Below are positions 15,986-24,361 of a DNA stretch of 32,000 nt, piece by piece. Below the pieces are notes generated by a model, which had not been told where the DNA came from, did no database searches, and worked only from the letters and a program-made list of their open reading frames with translations. Where the stretch lies: NCBI GenBank assembly GCA_963675915.1, contig OY780959.1:1410001-1442000 (forward strand), read 5' to 3'. This stretch comes from Coprobacillaceae bacterium (GTDB lineage: Bacteria; Bacillota_I; Bacilli_A; Erysipelotrichales; Coprobacillaceae). The translations under genes and the position numbers were made by a program. Position 1 is the first letter of the stretch; each line of letters begins with the position of its first letter.

Positions 15986-16014
15986 ATTATACATGATTTA
16001 TTCTCTTCAGACAA
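15986..16014 (-). promoter_or_regulatory. promoter for the LtrA-family gene (TTGTCT-N17-TATAAT, TG-extended)
   Basis: Minus strand reads TTGTCT (16014-16009), a 17-nt spacer ending in TG, then TATAAT (15991-15986). It implies a leader of roughly 105 nt containing the hairpin ATTGGAT-TGCTCAG-ATCCAAT. Confidence 0.55.
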
Positions 16015-16219
16015 TCCATCAGGCTGTGATGTCAGTCCGCCAAGTCGAAAATCACAAAATCATTTACAATATTTGTGACCTCCTTGGTGTAGTAGTGGCA
16101 GTTCCCGGTCTGGCCTATTATCATCGCCGCAACAAACAAGAAGCATAATATTATCTCCATCCTTTTTCACCTTCATTTTCAGGCACTACAAACTCCTTCC
16201 GGTGCCCTCTTTTCATACC

Positions 16220-16248
16220 AAAAAATCCTGCTTGTCACAAGCAGGATT
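16220..16248 (-). terminator. rho-independent terminator after the PadR-DUF1700-DUF4097 operon
   Basis: Minus strand reads AAATCCTGCTTG-TGA-CAAGCAGGATTT followed by TTT. Confidence 0.85.
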
Positions 16249-16253
16249 TCCAG

Positions 16254-17018
16254 TTATTGTTTTGAATAAATCTGGATATTTCCAACATCACTTTCGATGC
16301 TGATCTCTTTTTCGGTCGCTCCGATTTGAGTGAAGTCACCGACATTGTTGCCATCGACTTGAATACTGGCAACATCACCGCTGAGATGGACAGTATAATT
16401 GACCACATCATCAATCAGATAAATCTGACAGCTGCCTACATCCATAACTCCATCCAGGCTGGCGAAATCGACATCTCTCATTATGGTTGAGCCGACATCA
16501 CTGTCAAAATCAATATTGGTAATTGATGAATTTTCAATTACCGTGCTGGCGGCATCATTATCGATGGTCAGATTCAACGCCATCAAATCTTCAATCTCAA
16601 TGCTGGTGGCATCGACATTGATTGATACATTATTGAACAAATAATCCTCAGGATATTCAATCACCACGGTATTGCCAACGACATTGTTGAACATGAAATG
16701 GAAACGATTCACGGTGGTGTCTGAGATAGTCAGCGTCACCCCGTCATCCACCAGTTTCAAATTATCATCGGTGTAACGGACTTTCAGGCTGGAACCCTGC
16801 TTGAAAATCACCCGTGAGTTGGTATTGATATTGATGTTCATCACATTGGAAACATTCATTTCCTGGTAATCATTGTTATTGACCACGTGCCAACGGATAA
16901 TATCGCTAAGTTCGAAACTGTTTTGCTCAGTGATTCCATACCCGATTCCCATCAGACAGATTCCGATTATCAATGCTGCTCCAAAAAATCTAAACAGACT
17001 GCTGCTTAAGCGTTTCAT
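16254..17018 (-). CDS. DUF4097-like membrane-anchored beta-helix repeat protein
   Basis: N-terminal TM segment (FFGAALIIGICLMGIGYGI), then roughly 20-aa repeats of the form x-I/V-x-x-D-V/A-G/A-S-x-I (VSINVDATSIEIE, LTIDNDAASTVIE, IDFDSDVGSTIMR, LDGVMDVGSCQIY, HLSGDVASIQVD, ISIESDVGNIQIY). The ATGA overlap with the upstream gene suggests translational coupling. Confidence 0.65.
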   Translation of the reverse strand: MKRLSSSLFRFFGAALIIGICLMGIGYGITEQNSFELSDIIRWHVVNNNDYQEMNVSNVMNININTNSRVIFKQGSSLKVRYTDDNLKLVDDGVTLTISDTTVNRFHFMFNNVVGNTVVIEYPEDYLFNNVSINVDATSIEIEDLMALNLTIDNDAASTVIENSSITNIDFDSDVGSTIMRDVDFASLDGVMDVGSCQIYLIDDVVNYTVHLSGDVASIQVDGNNVGDFTQIGATEKEISIESDVGNIQIYSKQ

Positions 17019-17650
17019 TTAAACATCCCCCTTAGCCAATTCAAGAGGCGGCCAACCAAATCTTTGACGACCTTGATTATTGCCGGCAACGATCTGATGA
17101 TTCCGATAAACAGCGCCAGCCAAAGAAAGGTCAGCGAGATATAAACCAGAAAAGTTCCGACATGAATCAGGATATTGCCAAAATCCATGGTTCCGCTTAT
17201 TTCCAGTAACGAAGTCACACCCCAGAAAAAAGAGATGGCTCCAAAGGTAAACAAGGCCACAAGCAGGCCGAATAAGCCCCCGAATATTCCAAAGAATATT
17301 CCAAACACGCCGCCGATTCCGCCAATTCCGATTGAAAAAATGAAGACAAGCGCAATGATCAACAGAACATTGCGAGCCTGATTATTGTCATGGTGAGTTT
17401 CCGGACGGTTACCGTAGTAATGGTGACTTGTTTGTTTGTCCTGGAAACCCTGGCTCGATTTTTGAGCGGTGTTTTCTTTGATGTCCCGGGCAATCTGTTC
17501 CGGGCTTTTCAAGCCAGCGATAACTTCACTTTCATCCTGATTGGAATTGTCAATAAAATCCTCATAAAATCTCAGCGTTTCATGTCTGAGCTGGTAATCG
17601 ACATCTCTTAGATTATTTTCCAAACGTTCAAGAAATTCGTATTTTGTCAT
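17015..17650 (-). CDS. DUF1700-family membrane protein
   Basis: N-terminal MTKYEFLERLENNLRDVDYQLRHETLRFYEDFI is typical of DUF1700. It is followed by a His-rich linker (TSHHYYGNRPETHHDNNQ) and C-terminal TM segments with a glycine zipper (GIGGIGGVFGIFFGIFGGLFG). Confidence 0.7.
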   Translation of the reverse strand: MTKYEFLERLENNLRDVDYQLRHETLRFYEDFIDNSNQDESEVIAGLKSPEQIARDIKENTAQKSSQGFQDKQTSHHYYGNRPETHHDNNQARNVLLIIALVFIFSIGIGGIGGVFGIFFGIFGGLFGLLVALFTFGAISFFWGVTSLLEISGTMDFGNILIHVGTFLVYISLTFLWLALFIGIIRSLPAIIKVVKDLVGRLLNWLRGMFK

Positions 17651-17661
17651 TAGTCATCACC

Positions 17662-17970
17662 TCAATTAATTATTGAAGAAATCCCCTGCTTGAATTTACT
17701 CCATTCATCATGCAATTTGTCCTTCACAACCAGACCGCTGTCATTGATTTTATAGTAACGGCGCTTTTTGCCATTTGGATAGCGGTCATCCATCTCAATC
17801 AGATTTTTCCGGGCCAGATTCTGCAGCACCATGAAAAGTCGTGATTCATCAATATTGAAATAACGGTTCAACTCCTGATTGATTTCAAAGCCGTAATTTC
17901 CATCTTCACTCCTGGAAATTATCTCCAGAACCAATCCCTCAATCATTTCATCATCTAGTTTGAATATCAT
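17662..17970 (-). CDS. PadR-family transcriptional regulator (short, single-domain type)
   Basis: 102 aa. LVLEIISRSEDGNYGFEINQEL...LFMVLQNLARKNLIEMDD...KRRYYKINDSG is a PadR wHTH pattern. GAGGAG RBS is present. Confidence 0.8.
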   Translation of the reverse strand: MIFKLDDEMIEGLVLEIISRSEDGNYGFEINQELNRYFNIDESRLFMVLQNLARKNLIEMDDRYPNGKKRRYYKINDSGLVVKDKLHDEWSKFKQGISSIIN

Positions 17971-17990
17971 ATGATCAACTCCTCAATAAC

Positions 17991-18019
17991 ATTGTAAAGC
18001 CCTTTGGGCCAACTGTCAA
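17991..18019 (-). promoter_or_regulatory. promoter for the PadR operon (TTGACA-N17-TACAAT)
   Basis: Minus strand reads TTGACA (18019-18014), a 17-nt spacer containing GCCC-AAA-GGGC, then TACAAT (17996-17991). A perfect 10-bp palindrome CTAATATTAG lies at 18040-18049, just upstream. Confidence 0.65.
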
Positions 18020-18078
18020 TTTAGTTAGACACAAACAAGCTAATATTAGTGAATAAAAATACATTATGATTAATTGAG

Positions 18079-18792
18079 TCAGTCATCAGGATTGTAAGAC
18101 CAGCCATTTTCACCATGATAAATCATTTGCCTGGTCATTCCCCCATCAATACAGATATTCTCGCCGGTGATAAAGCCCGCCTTGTCACTGCTCAAAAAAA
18201 GGACCATATTGGCGATGTCCAAGGGATTGCCTACCCGGTTGACCGGATGTTGCAATGCATCCGGTGCCTCGTATTCCTTGAATGAGGTATCAATCCAGCC
18301 TGGCGAAATCGAGTTGACCCGGACTTTGCCCTGCAATGTTACCGCCAGAGCGTGAGTCAAAGCGGCGATTCCGCCTTTAGAGGCAGTGTAACTCTCGGTC
18401 ATCGGTTGACTCATCCGATCCCGCGAGGATGAGATATTGATGATTGACGCTCCATCATTGAAATAGGGCAACAACAGTTTGGTAAGATAGTATGGCGCGG
18501 CCACTCCCACTTGCAAAGAAGTCAAAAACTCCTCATAGCTGCAACTGTCAATCCCTTTGTTTAACGGCATGGCATTGTTGATGAGAATGTCGATATGACC
18601 GAAATCCCCGACCACCTTGGCAGTAAACTGCTCCAGTACATCTTTTGAAGCCAGATCCCCGACGAAATAATCGTTTTCAAGCAAATCGATTCCAGCCACC
18701 AACGCTCCATGCTTTTCAAACTCTTCCTTGATGGTTTTACCGATTCCCCGAGCGCAGCCGGTAATCACCACCACTTTGTTTTCAAATTCCAT
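18079..18792 (-). CDS. SDR-family oxidoreductase
   Basis: TGCARGIG cofactor motif, NNAM, and the Ser...YTASK catalytic triad. The start was moved to the ATG at 18792 (MEFENKVVVITG), 7 nt after GGAGGG. Confidence 0.85.
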   Translation of the reverse strand: MEFENKVVVITGCARGIGKTIKEEFEKHGALVAGIDLLENDYFVGDLASKDVLEQFTAKVVGDFGHIDILINNAMPLNKGIDSCSYEEFLTSLQVGVAAPYYLTKLLLPYFNDGASIINISSSRDRMSQPMTESYTASKGGIAALTHALAVTLQGKVRVNSISPGWIDTSFKEYEAPDALQHPVNRVGNPLDIANMVLFLSSDKAGFITGENICIDGGMTRQMIYHGENGWSYNPDD

Positions 18793-19092
18793 AAAATAAC
18801 CCTCCATAACCCCATTATACTATTATATCACCAGGATGATAAATATGATTTTCCAAAGTCCTGAAAGAAGGCCAGATGAACACCCGTCTGTGCCAAAATT
18901 CAGTAATTAACGTATAATAATCAACATGTAATAACCTCCATGTTGATTAGTGCCATCTATTAACGCTATCTTCCCAGGTATTTTTAGTGGCATATATTTT
19001 TGATAGAAAAGGGAATCCTTATGACCGTATTTGTAGCAATCCGCTTTTTTTTTAAGTTCAACCAATCATGACAACTCAGTCTATTTGTTGCC

Positions 19093-19224
19093 ATGATTGT
19101 CTTTTCAATGGAAGATGTATTTTCGGTTTGGTTTTTCCTGCTGGGAATTTTGATTTGGTTCCTGATTACCCTCGCCATGTTTCAGATGCTTCGACCGGAA
19201 AAATTCAAAGCCAAAAAAAACTGA
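19093..19224 (+). CDS. candidate small membrane protein (43 aa, or 38 aa from the ATG at 19108)
   Basis: MIVFSMEDVFSVWFFLLGILIWFLITLAMFQMLRPEKFKAKKN has one clear TM helix and a basic tail, followed about 40 nt later by a strong terminator. There is no convincing Shine-Dalgarno or promoter, so this call is speculative. Confidence 0.3.
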   Translation: MIVFSMEDVFSVWFFLLGILIWFLITLAMFQMLRPEKFKAKKN

Positions 19225-19253
19225 TTCCAAGTCATTTTGATTACCCCAAATCC

Positions 19254-19292
19254 AAAAAACAACACCCTGTTCAAACGAACAGGGTGCTTTTT
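19254..19292. terminator. bidirectional rho-independent terminator (end of the pur operon on the minus strand; also usable on the plus strand)
   Basis: Stem CACCCTGT (19263-19270) / ACAGGGTG (19279-19286), flanked by A6 on the left and CTTTTT on the right. Lies 2 nt from the purB stop. Confidence 0.85.
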
Positions 19293-19294
19293 CA

Positions 19295-20590
19295 TTATAA
19301 TAATCCGACTCTTTTGAAGATGATGTCGACGTTTTTTACTTGATATTGAGGATTGAAACAATCATCAATTTCTTCTTGAGTCAAAGTAGATCTAACTTTG
19401 TCAGATGCTTCCATCAGTGATTTGAATGGAATTTTGTTTTCCCAAGATTTGATTGCGTTTGGTTGCACTGTATCATATGCTTCTTCACGTGACCATCCTT
19501 TTTCAATCAGTTTAAGCATGAATCTTTGTGAGAAGATAACTCCATAAGTTTTGTTGATATTTTCCAACATGTTATCTTCGAACACAGTCAGGTTAGCCAG
19601 AATTCCGTTGAAACGAGTCAACATGTAATCAAGCAACGCTGTCGCATCTGGTGCGATGATTCTTTCCGCTGATGAATGGGAAATATCTCTTTCGTGCCAT
19701 AATGGGATGTTTTCATATGATGTCATCATGTAACCGCGCAATACTCTTGAACATCCAGTGATGTTTTCTGAAGAAATCGGGTTACGTTTATGAGGCATCG
19801 CTGAAGATCCTTTTTGACCTTTACGGAAGAATTCCTCAACTTCACGAACTTCAGTTCTTTGAAGGTGACGGATTTCAACAGCCATTTTTTCCAGTGAAGA
19901 ACCGATTAATGCCAAAGTAGAGAAATATTGGGCATGACGGTCTCTTTGCAATGTTTGAGTTGAAATATTTGAAGAGTTGATTCCCAATTTTTCACAAACA
20001 TAATCCTGAACTTGAGGTGGTGTGTTGGCGAAAGTACCAACCGCTCCGGAAATTTTACCGGCTTCAACCGCAGCCGCAGCCAATTCGAAACGTTCAACGT
20101 TACGTTTCATTTCTTCATACCATAAAGCGAATTTCAATCCGAAAGTCGTGATTTCAGCATGAACCCCATGAGTACGTCCCATGCAGACAGTGTCTTTATA
20201 TTTCAATGCTTGAGATTTCAAAGTTTCCATGAAAGCTTTGATATCTTCACGTAAGATTTCATTTGCTTGTTTGTACAGGTATCCATAAGCTGTGTCAACT
20301 ACGTCAGTAGAAGTCAACCCGTAATGAACCCATTTCTTTTCAGGACCGCAAGTTTCCGAAACGGCTCTGGTGAAAGCCACAACGTCATGGCGGGTATCTT
20401 TTTCAATTTCATAAATACGGTCAATATCGAATGAAGCGTTTTTCCATAAAGCATCAACGTCTTCTTTAGGGATTTCCCCTAAAGTAGACCAGGCTTCACA
20501 AGCCATAATTTCAACTTTCAACCAAGCTTCAAACTTGCTTTGTTCGCTCCAAATATTGCGCATTACTTCGCGTGAATATCTATTTAACAT
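19295..20590 (-). CDS. purB: adenylosuccinate lyase
   Basis: 431 aa. [14 protein letters not shown]-terminus, [11 protein letters not shown], and the fumarate-lyase signature [11 protein letters not shown]. Confidence 0.92.
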   Translation of the reverse strand: MLNRYSREVMRNIWSEQSKFEAWLKVEIMACEAWSTLGEIPKEDVDALWKNASFDIDRIYEIEKDTRHDVVAFTRAVSETCGPEKKWVHYGLTSTDVVDTAYGYLYKQANEILREDIKAFMETLKSQALKYKDTVCMGRTHGVHAEITTFGLKFALWYEEMKRNVERFELAAAAVEAGKISGAVGTFANTPPQVQDYVCEKLGINSSNISTQTLQRDRHAQYFSTLALIGSSLEKMAVEIRHLQRTEVREVEEFFRKGQKGSSAMPHKRNPISSENITGCSRVLRGYMMTSYENIPLWHERDISHSSAERIIAPDATALLDYMLTRFNGILANLTVFEDNMLENINKTYGVIFSQRFMLKLIEKGWSREEAYDTVQPNAIKSWENKIPFKSLMEASDKVRSTLTQEEIDDCFNPQYQVKNVDIIFKRVGLL

Positions 20591-20599
20591 TACTGTCTC

Positions 20600-23500
20600 C
20601 TATCTGTTTTTAAAATAATTGACCCCAGCTTCGAATAACTGTTGATCGAAACGTCCGTAAATATTTTTATAACGGTTGTCACCTTGACGTTCGCTGTGTC
20701 CCATCTTACCTAAGATACGTCCATCTTTCGAAATGATTCCTTCGATTGCTGCGATTGAACCATTAGGGTTGTATGGAGTTTCCATAGTTGGTTTGAAGTC
20801 ACGATTGACATATTGTGAGAATACTTGTCCGTTATTGAACAATTCTTCAATAACTTCATCATTGGCAACGAATCTACCTTCACCATGAGATACCGGAATT
20901 GTATGAACATCTCCGACTCCTACGAATGAAAGCCATGGTGAGTTAACTGAACCGATTCGCGTATCCACGAATTGAGATACGTGGCGCCCCAAGGTATTGA
21001 AAGTCAAAGTCGGATCACTTGCATCCATTTCTTTGATTTCACCATAAGGCAACAGACCAAGTTTAACCAATGCCTGGAATCCGTTACAGATACCGATCAT
21101 CAGACCGTCACGGTTTTCAAGCAAGTCGTCGATTGCCGCTTTAAGTTTAGGATTGCGCAGGAATGTCGCGATGAATTTCGCCGAACCTTCAGGTTCGTCA
21201 CCAGCTGAGAATCCACCTGGCAGCATCACGATATTGGCTTTTTTGATTGCCGCTTCCAAAGCATCGATCGAGTCTTTAAGCATTTCAGTTGTCAAGTTGC
21301 GAATTTGAACCAATTGAACTTCAGCTCCGGCTCTTTCGAACGCCCGTTGAGAATCCCACTCACAGTTGGTTCCCGGGAATACCGGAATTACAACCAATGG
21401 TGTTTCCACTGCTTCTTTTGGTTTAAGCTCGCTGCGGTATTTGCAGTTAGCGATTTTGATATCGTTAGTTGGTGCTGTTTTACGAGTCGGATAGATTGAC
21501 TCCAACACTGATTTGTTCATTGCATAAGCATCTTCAAGAGACACTGATTGTCCTTTGTATGAAAGGATTGGAGAATTGATGGTCGTACCGACGATACGGT
21601 ATTCACCGATTTCTTTAAGATCACTTTCAGATTCGATTTCAACCACAATGTTTCCATAATCTTTGCTCAGGTATGATTTCAGTTCGTAATCGTTGTTGAA
21701 AGCAACCCCGATTCCGTTCCCGAACGCCATTTTGCTGACTGCTTCAAGAACCCCACCGTCTTTGACAGTGTAAGCTGACAGAATTTTTCCTTCACGGATC
21801 AATTGAGTCAATTTGTCATATGTATTTTTCAAGGCATCGAAATCAAAGATGAAGTTTTCATCTCTTGGCACGATGATTTCCGCAAGTTGATTTCCGGTAT
21901 CTTCAATTTCCGGAGTGATGATGTTTTCAACATCTTCAAGACACACGGCAAAAGAAACGAATGTCGGAGGAACTGAAATATCTTCGAATGTTCCTGACAT
22001 ACTGTCTTTACCACCGATGGCAGCCAGATTAAGTTCCTTTTGAACACGGTAAGCCCCTAACAATGCTGAAACAGGTTTACCCCATTTTTCCTTGCTATCC
22101 AATAATTTTTCAAAATATTCCTGGAATGAGAAGCGGATTTTATGATAATCCCCACCCATTGCCACGATTTTAGCTACTGATTCCACAACGGCATACATTG
22201 CTCCATGGTATGGAGACCATGATGCGATATATGGATTATATCCGTATGTCATCAATGAACAGCTGGTAGTTTCTCTTCCTAAAACCGGAATCAAGGCTGC
22301 CATACCTTCAGTCTCACTATGGTATTTACGACCACCAAATGGAGAAAGGACAGTGTTGTTTCCAATTGTCGAGTCGAAACGTTCAATCAGACCTTTTTGT
22401 GATGCTGTTGAAAGACGAGTCATCACCTCTTTAACTGATTCTTCGAAATCTTCTTCGATCCCTTGGGCAAAAGGAAGGTCAGTGAAGTCCGGGTTTTTAA
22501 CTAGAACATCCTGGCTTCTACTTGCGCCTGAAGCATCAAGGAATTCCCGGGAAATATCCACGATTGTCTGTCCACGGTACACCATTGTCAGACGGTTTTT
22601 ATCAGTGATAGTCGCAACTTGGACAACTTCCAGGTTTTCGTCTTTACAAGCTTGACGGCAATATGCTTCGTCTTCTTTGTTGACAACGATTGCCATCCGT
22701 TCCTGAGATTCCGAAATCGCGATTTCAGTACCGTTCAGTCCTTCATATTTTTTCAAAACTGCATCAAGATTGATATCCAGTCCGTCAGCCAATTCACCGA
22801 CAGCTACACAAACCCCACCGGCACCAAAGTCGTTACAACGAACGATTTTTTCCGAGAAAGCTTTGTTACGGAACAATCTTTGAATTTTTCTTTCTTCAAC
22901 CGGGTTACCTTTTTGAACTTCAGCTCCGGCAGTTTCAATTGATTTGACATCATGAGATTTAGATGAACCAGTTGCTCCACCAATTCCATCGCGACCAGTA
23001 CGTCCGCCAAGAAGCAGGACAATTTGGTCTTTTTGTGGAATCAGACGTTTAACTTGTTCTTTTGGCGCTGCAGCCACTACTGCACCAAGTTCCATTCTTT
23101 TAGCCTGGTAACCAGGATGGTAAAGTTCATGGACATATCCGGTAGCCAACCCGATTTGGTTCCCATAAGAAGAGAAACCATGAGCAGCTTCCTGACAGAT
23201 TTTACGTTGCATCAGTTTACCTTCGATTGTGTCTTCAAGTCCGACACGAGGATCGCTGGCACCAGTGATACGCATTGATTGGTAAACATAAGCACGACCT
23301 GAAAGTGGGTCACGAATCGCTCCACCTAAACATGTAGCCGCTCCCCCGAAAGGTTCGATTTCAGTTGGATGGTTGTGAGTTTCGTTCTTGAACATCAACA
23401 GCCAACGTTCTGTTTCACCTTCGATATTGACATCAACTTCGATTGAGCAGGCATTGATTTCTTCAGAAACTTCCAAATCATCAAGGTATCCGGCTTTACG

Positions 23501-24352
23501 CAACTCTTTCATTGAAATAGTTGCCATATCCATCATTGTGATTGGACGTTTTGTATCGATACCATAAACCATATGACGGCTGGTAATATAATCAGCATAA
23601 TCTTTTTGGTATACCTCATTCATCACACCATCTTCGAAATCGATGTTTTCAAGGACAGTCGCGAAAGTTGTATGACGACAGTGATCTGACCAGTATGTAT
23701 CCAAAACGCGGATTTCAGTTTCAGTCGGATCGCGTTTTTCTTCGTTTGTGAAATAATCCTGAGTGACTTTCAAGTCAGCCAAAGACATAGCCAGAGAATA
23801 ATCATCAAGGAATTCTTGTAAACCAGCGTCATCCAATTCATTGAATCCAGTAAATACCGGCACATCTTCAACGACAACTTCAGGCATTTCCAAAGTTTCC
23901 GGTTTTTCAAGCCCACATTCTCTTGAATCTACTGGGTTAATAATATATTTTTTGATTTTATCCAATGCTGATGCATCATCATTTTCCAAAGTCACGCAAT
24001 AGAAAATCGCAGATTTAACCTTGACTTTGTCTTCTCCAGTCAGGATTTTGAAACATTGTTCGCATGAATCCGCACGTTGGTCGTATTGTCCTGGCAGAGG
24101 TTCAACTCCAAAAACCAATTCATTGCTTGTTTCGAAAGTTTCTCTGCTGGTATCATCAACCATTGGTTCTGCCAGAATAGTATGAAGTCCTTCTTCCAGA
24201 ATTTCTTCGCTTACTCCATCAACATCATAACAATTAACGATTCTTAAATCTTTAATTTGTAATTTCAATTGTTCATTCAAGTCTTCTTTCAGACCGTTAG
24301 CCTGAGATCGAAAACCTGGTTTTTTCTCAACATAAATTCGATTGACGCTCAT
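20600..24352 (-). CDS. purL: phosphoribosylformylglycinamidine (FGAM) synthase, single-chain large form
   Basis: 1250 aa. Contains an N-terminal PurS-like region, AIR-synthase-related repeats (ETHNHPTEIEPFGGAATCLGG; DFGAGG) and a C-terminal glutaminase domain with nucleophile GICNGFQ and SHGEGRF. Confidence 0.92.
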   Translation of the reverse strand: MSVNRIYVEKKPGFRSQANGLKEDLNEQLKLQIKDLRIVNCYDVDGVSEEILEEGLHTILAEPMVDDTSRETFETSNELVFGVEPLPGQYDQRADSCEQCFKILTGEDKVKVKSAIFYCVTLENDDASALDKIKKYIINPVDSRECGLEKPETLEMPEVVVEDVPVFTGFNELDDAGLQEFLDDYSLAMSLADLKVTQDYFTNEEKRDPTETEIRVLDTYWSDHCRHTTFATVLENIDFEDGVMNEVYQKDYADYITSRHMVYGIDTKRPITMMDMATISMKELRKAGYLDDLEVSEEINACSIEVDVNIEGETERWLLMFKNETHNHPTEIEPFGGAATCLGGAIRDPLSGRAYVYQSMRITGASDPRVGLEDTIEGKLMQRKICQEAAHGFSSYGNQIGLATGYVHELYHPGYQAKRMELGAVVAAAPKEQVKRLIPQKDQIVLLLGGRTGRDGIGGATGSSKSHDVKSIETAGAEVQKGNPVEERKIQRLFRNKAFSEKIVRCNDFGAGGVCVAVGELADGLDINLDAVLKKYEGLNGTEIAISESQERMAIVVNKEDEAYCRQACKDENLEVVQVATITDKNRLTMVYRGQTIVDISREFLDASGASRSQDVLVKNPDFTDLPFAQGIEEDFEESVKEVMTRLSTASQKGLIERFDSTIGNNTVLSPFGGRKYHSETEGMAALIPVLGRETTSCSLMTYGYNPYIASWSPYHGAMYAVVESVAKIVAMGGDYHKIRFSFQEYFEKLLDSKEKWGKPVSALLGAYRVQKELNLAAIGGKDSMSGTFEDISVPPTFVSFAVCLEDVENIITPEIEDTGNQLAEIIVPRDENFIFDFDALKNTYDKLTQLIREGKILSAYTVKDGGVLEAVSKMAFGNGIGVAFNNDYELKSYLSKDYGNIVVEIESESDLKEIGEYRIVGTTINSPILSYKGQSVSLEDAYAMNKSVLESIYPTRKTAPTNDIKIANCKYRSELKPKEAVETPLVVIPVFPGTNCEWDSQRAFERAGAEVQLVQIRNLTTEMLKDSIDALEAAIKKANIVMLPGGFSAGDEPEGSAKFIATFLRNPKLKAAIDDLLENRDGLMIGICNGFQALVKLGLLPYGEIKEMDASDPTLTFNTLGRHVSQFVDTRIGSVNSPWLSFVGVGDVHTIPVSHGEGRFVANDEVIEELFNNGQVFSQYVNRDFKPTMETPYNPNGSIAAIEGIISKDGRILGKMGHSERQGDNRYKNIYGRFDQQLFEAGVNYFKNR

Positions 24353-24361
24353 AATACCCTC

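Noticed and set aside
18984-19343. Track ORFs 18984-19178 (-, 64 aa) and 19068-19343 (+, 91 aa) in the SDR/purB gap.
   Set aside because: There is no RBS, their composition is not protein-like, and the 91-aa frame reads straight through a strong terminator hairpin into purB antisense sequence. Only the short TM frame at 19093-19224 seemed worth flagging.
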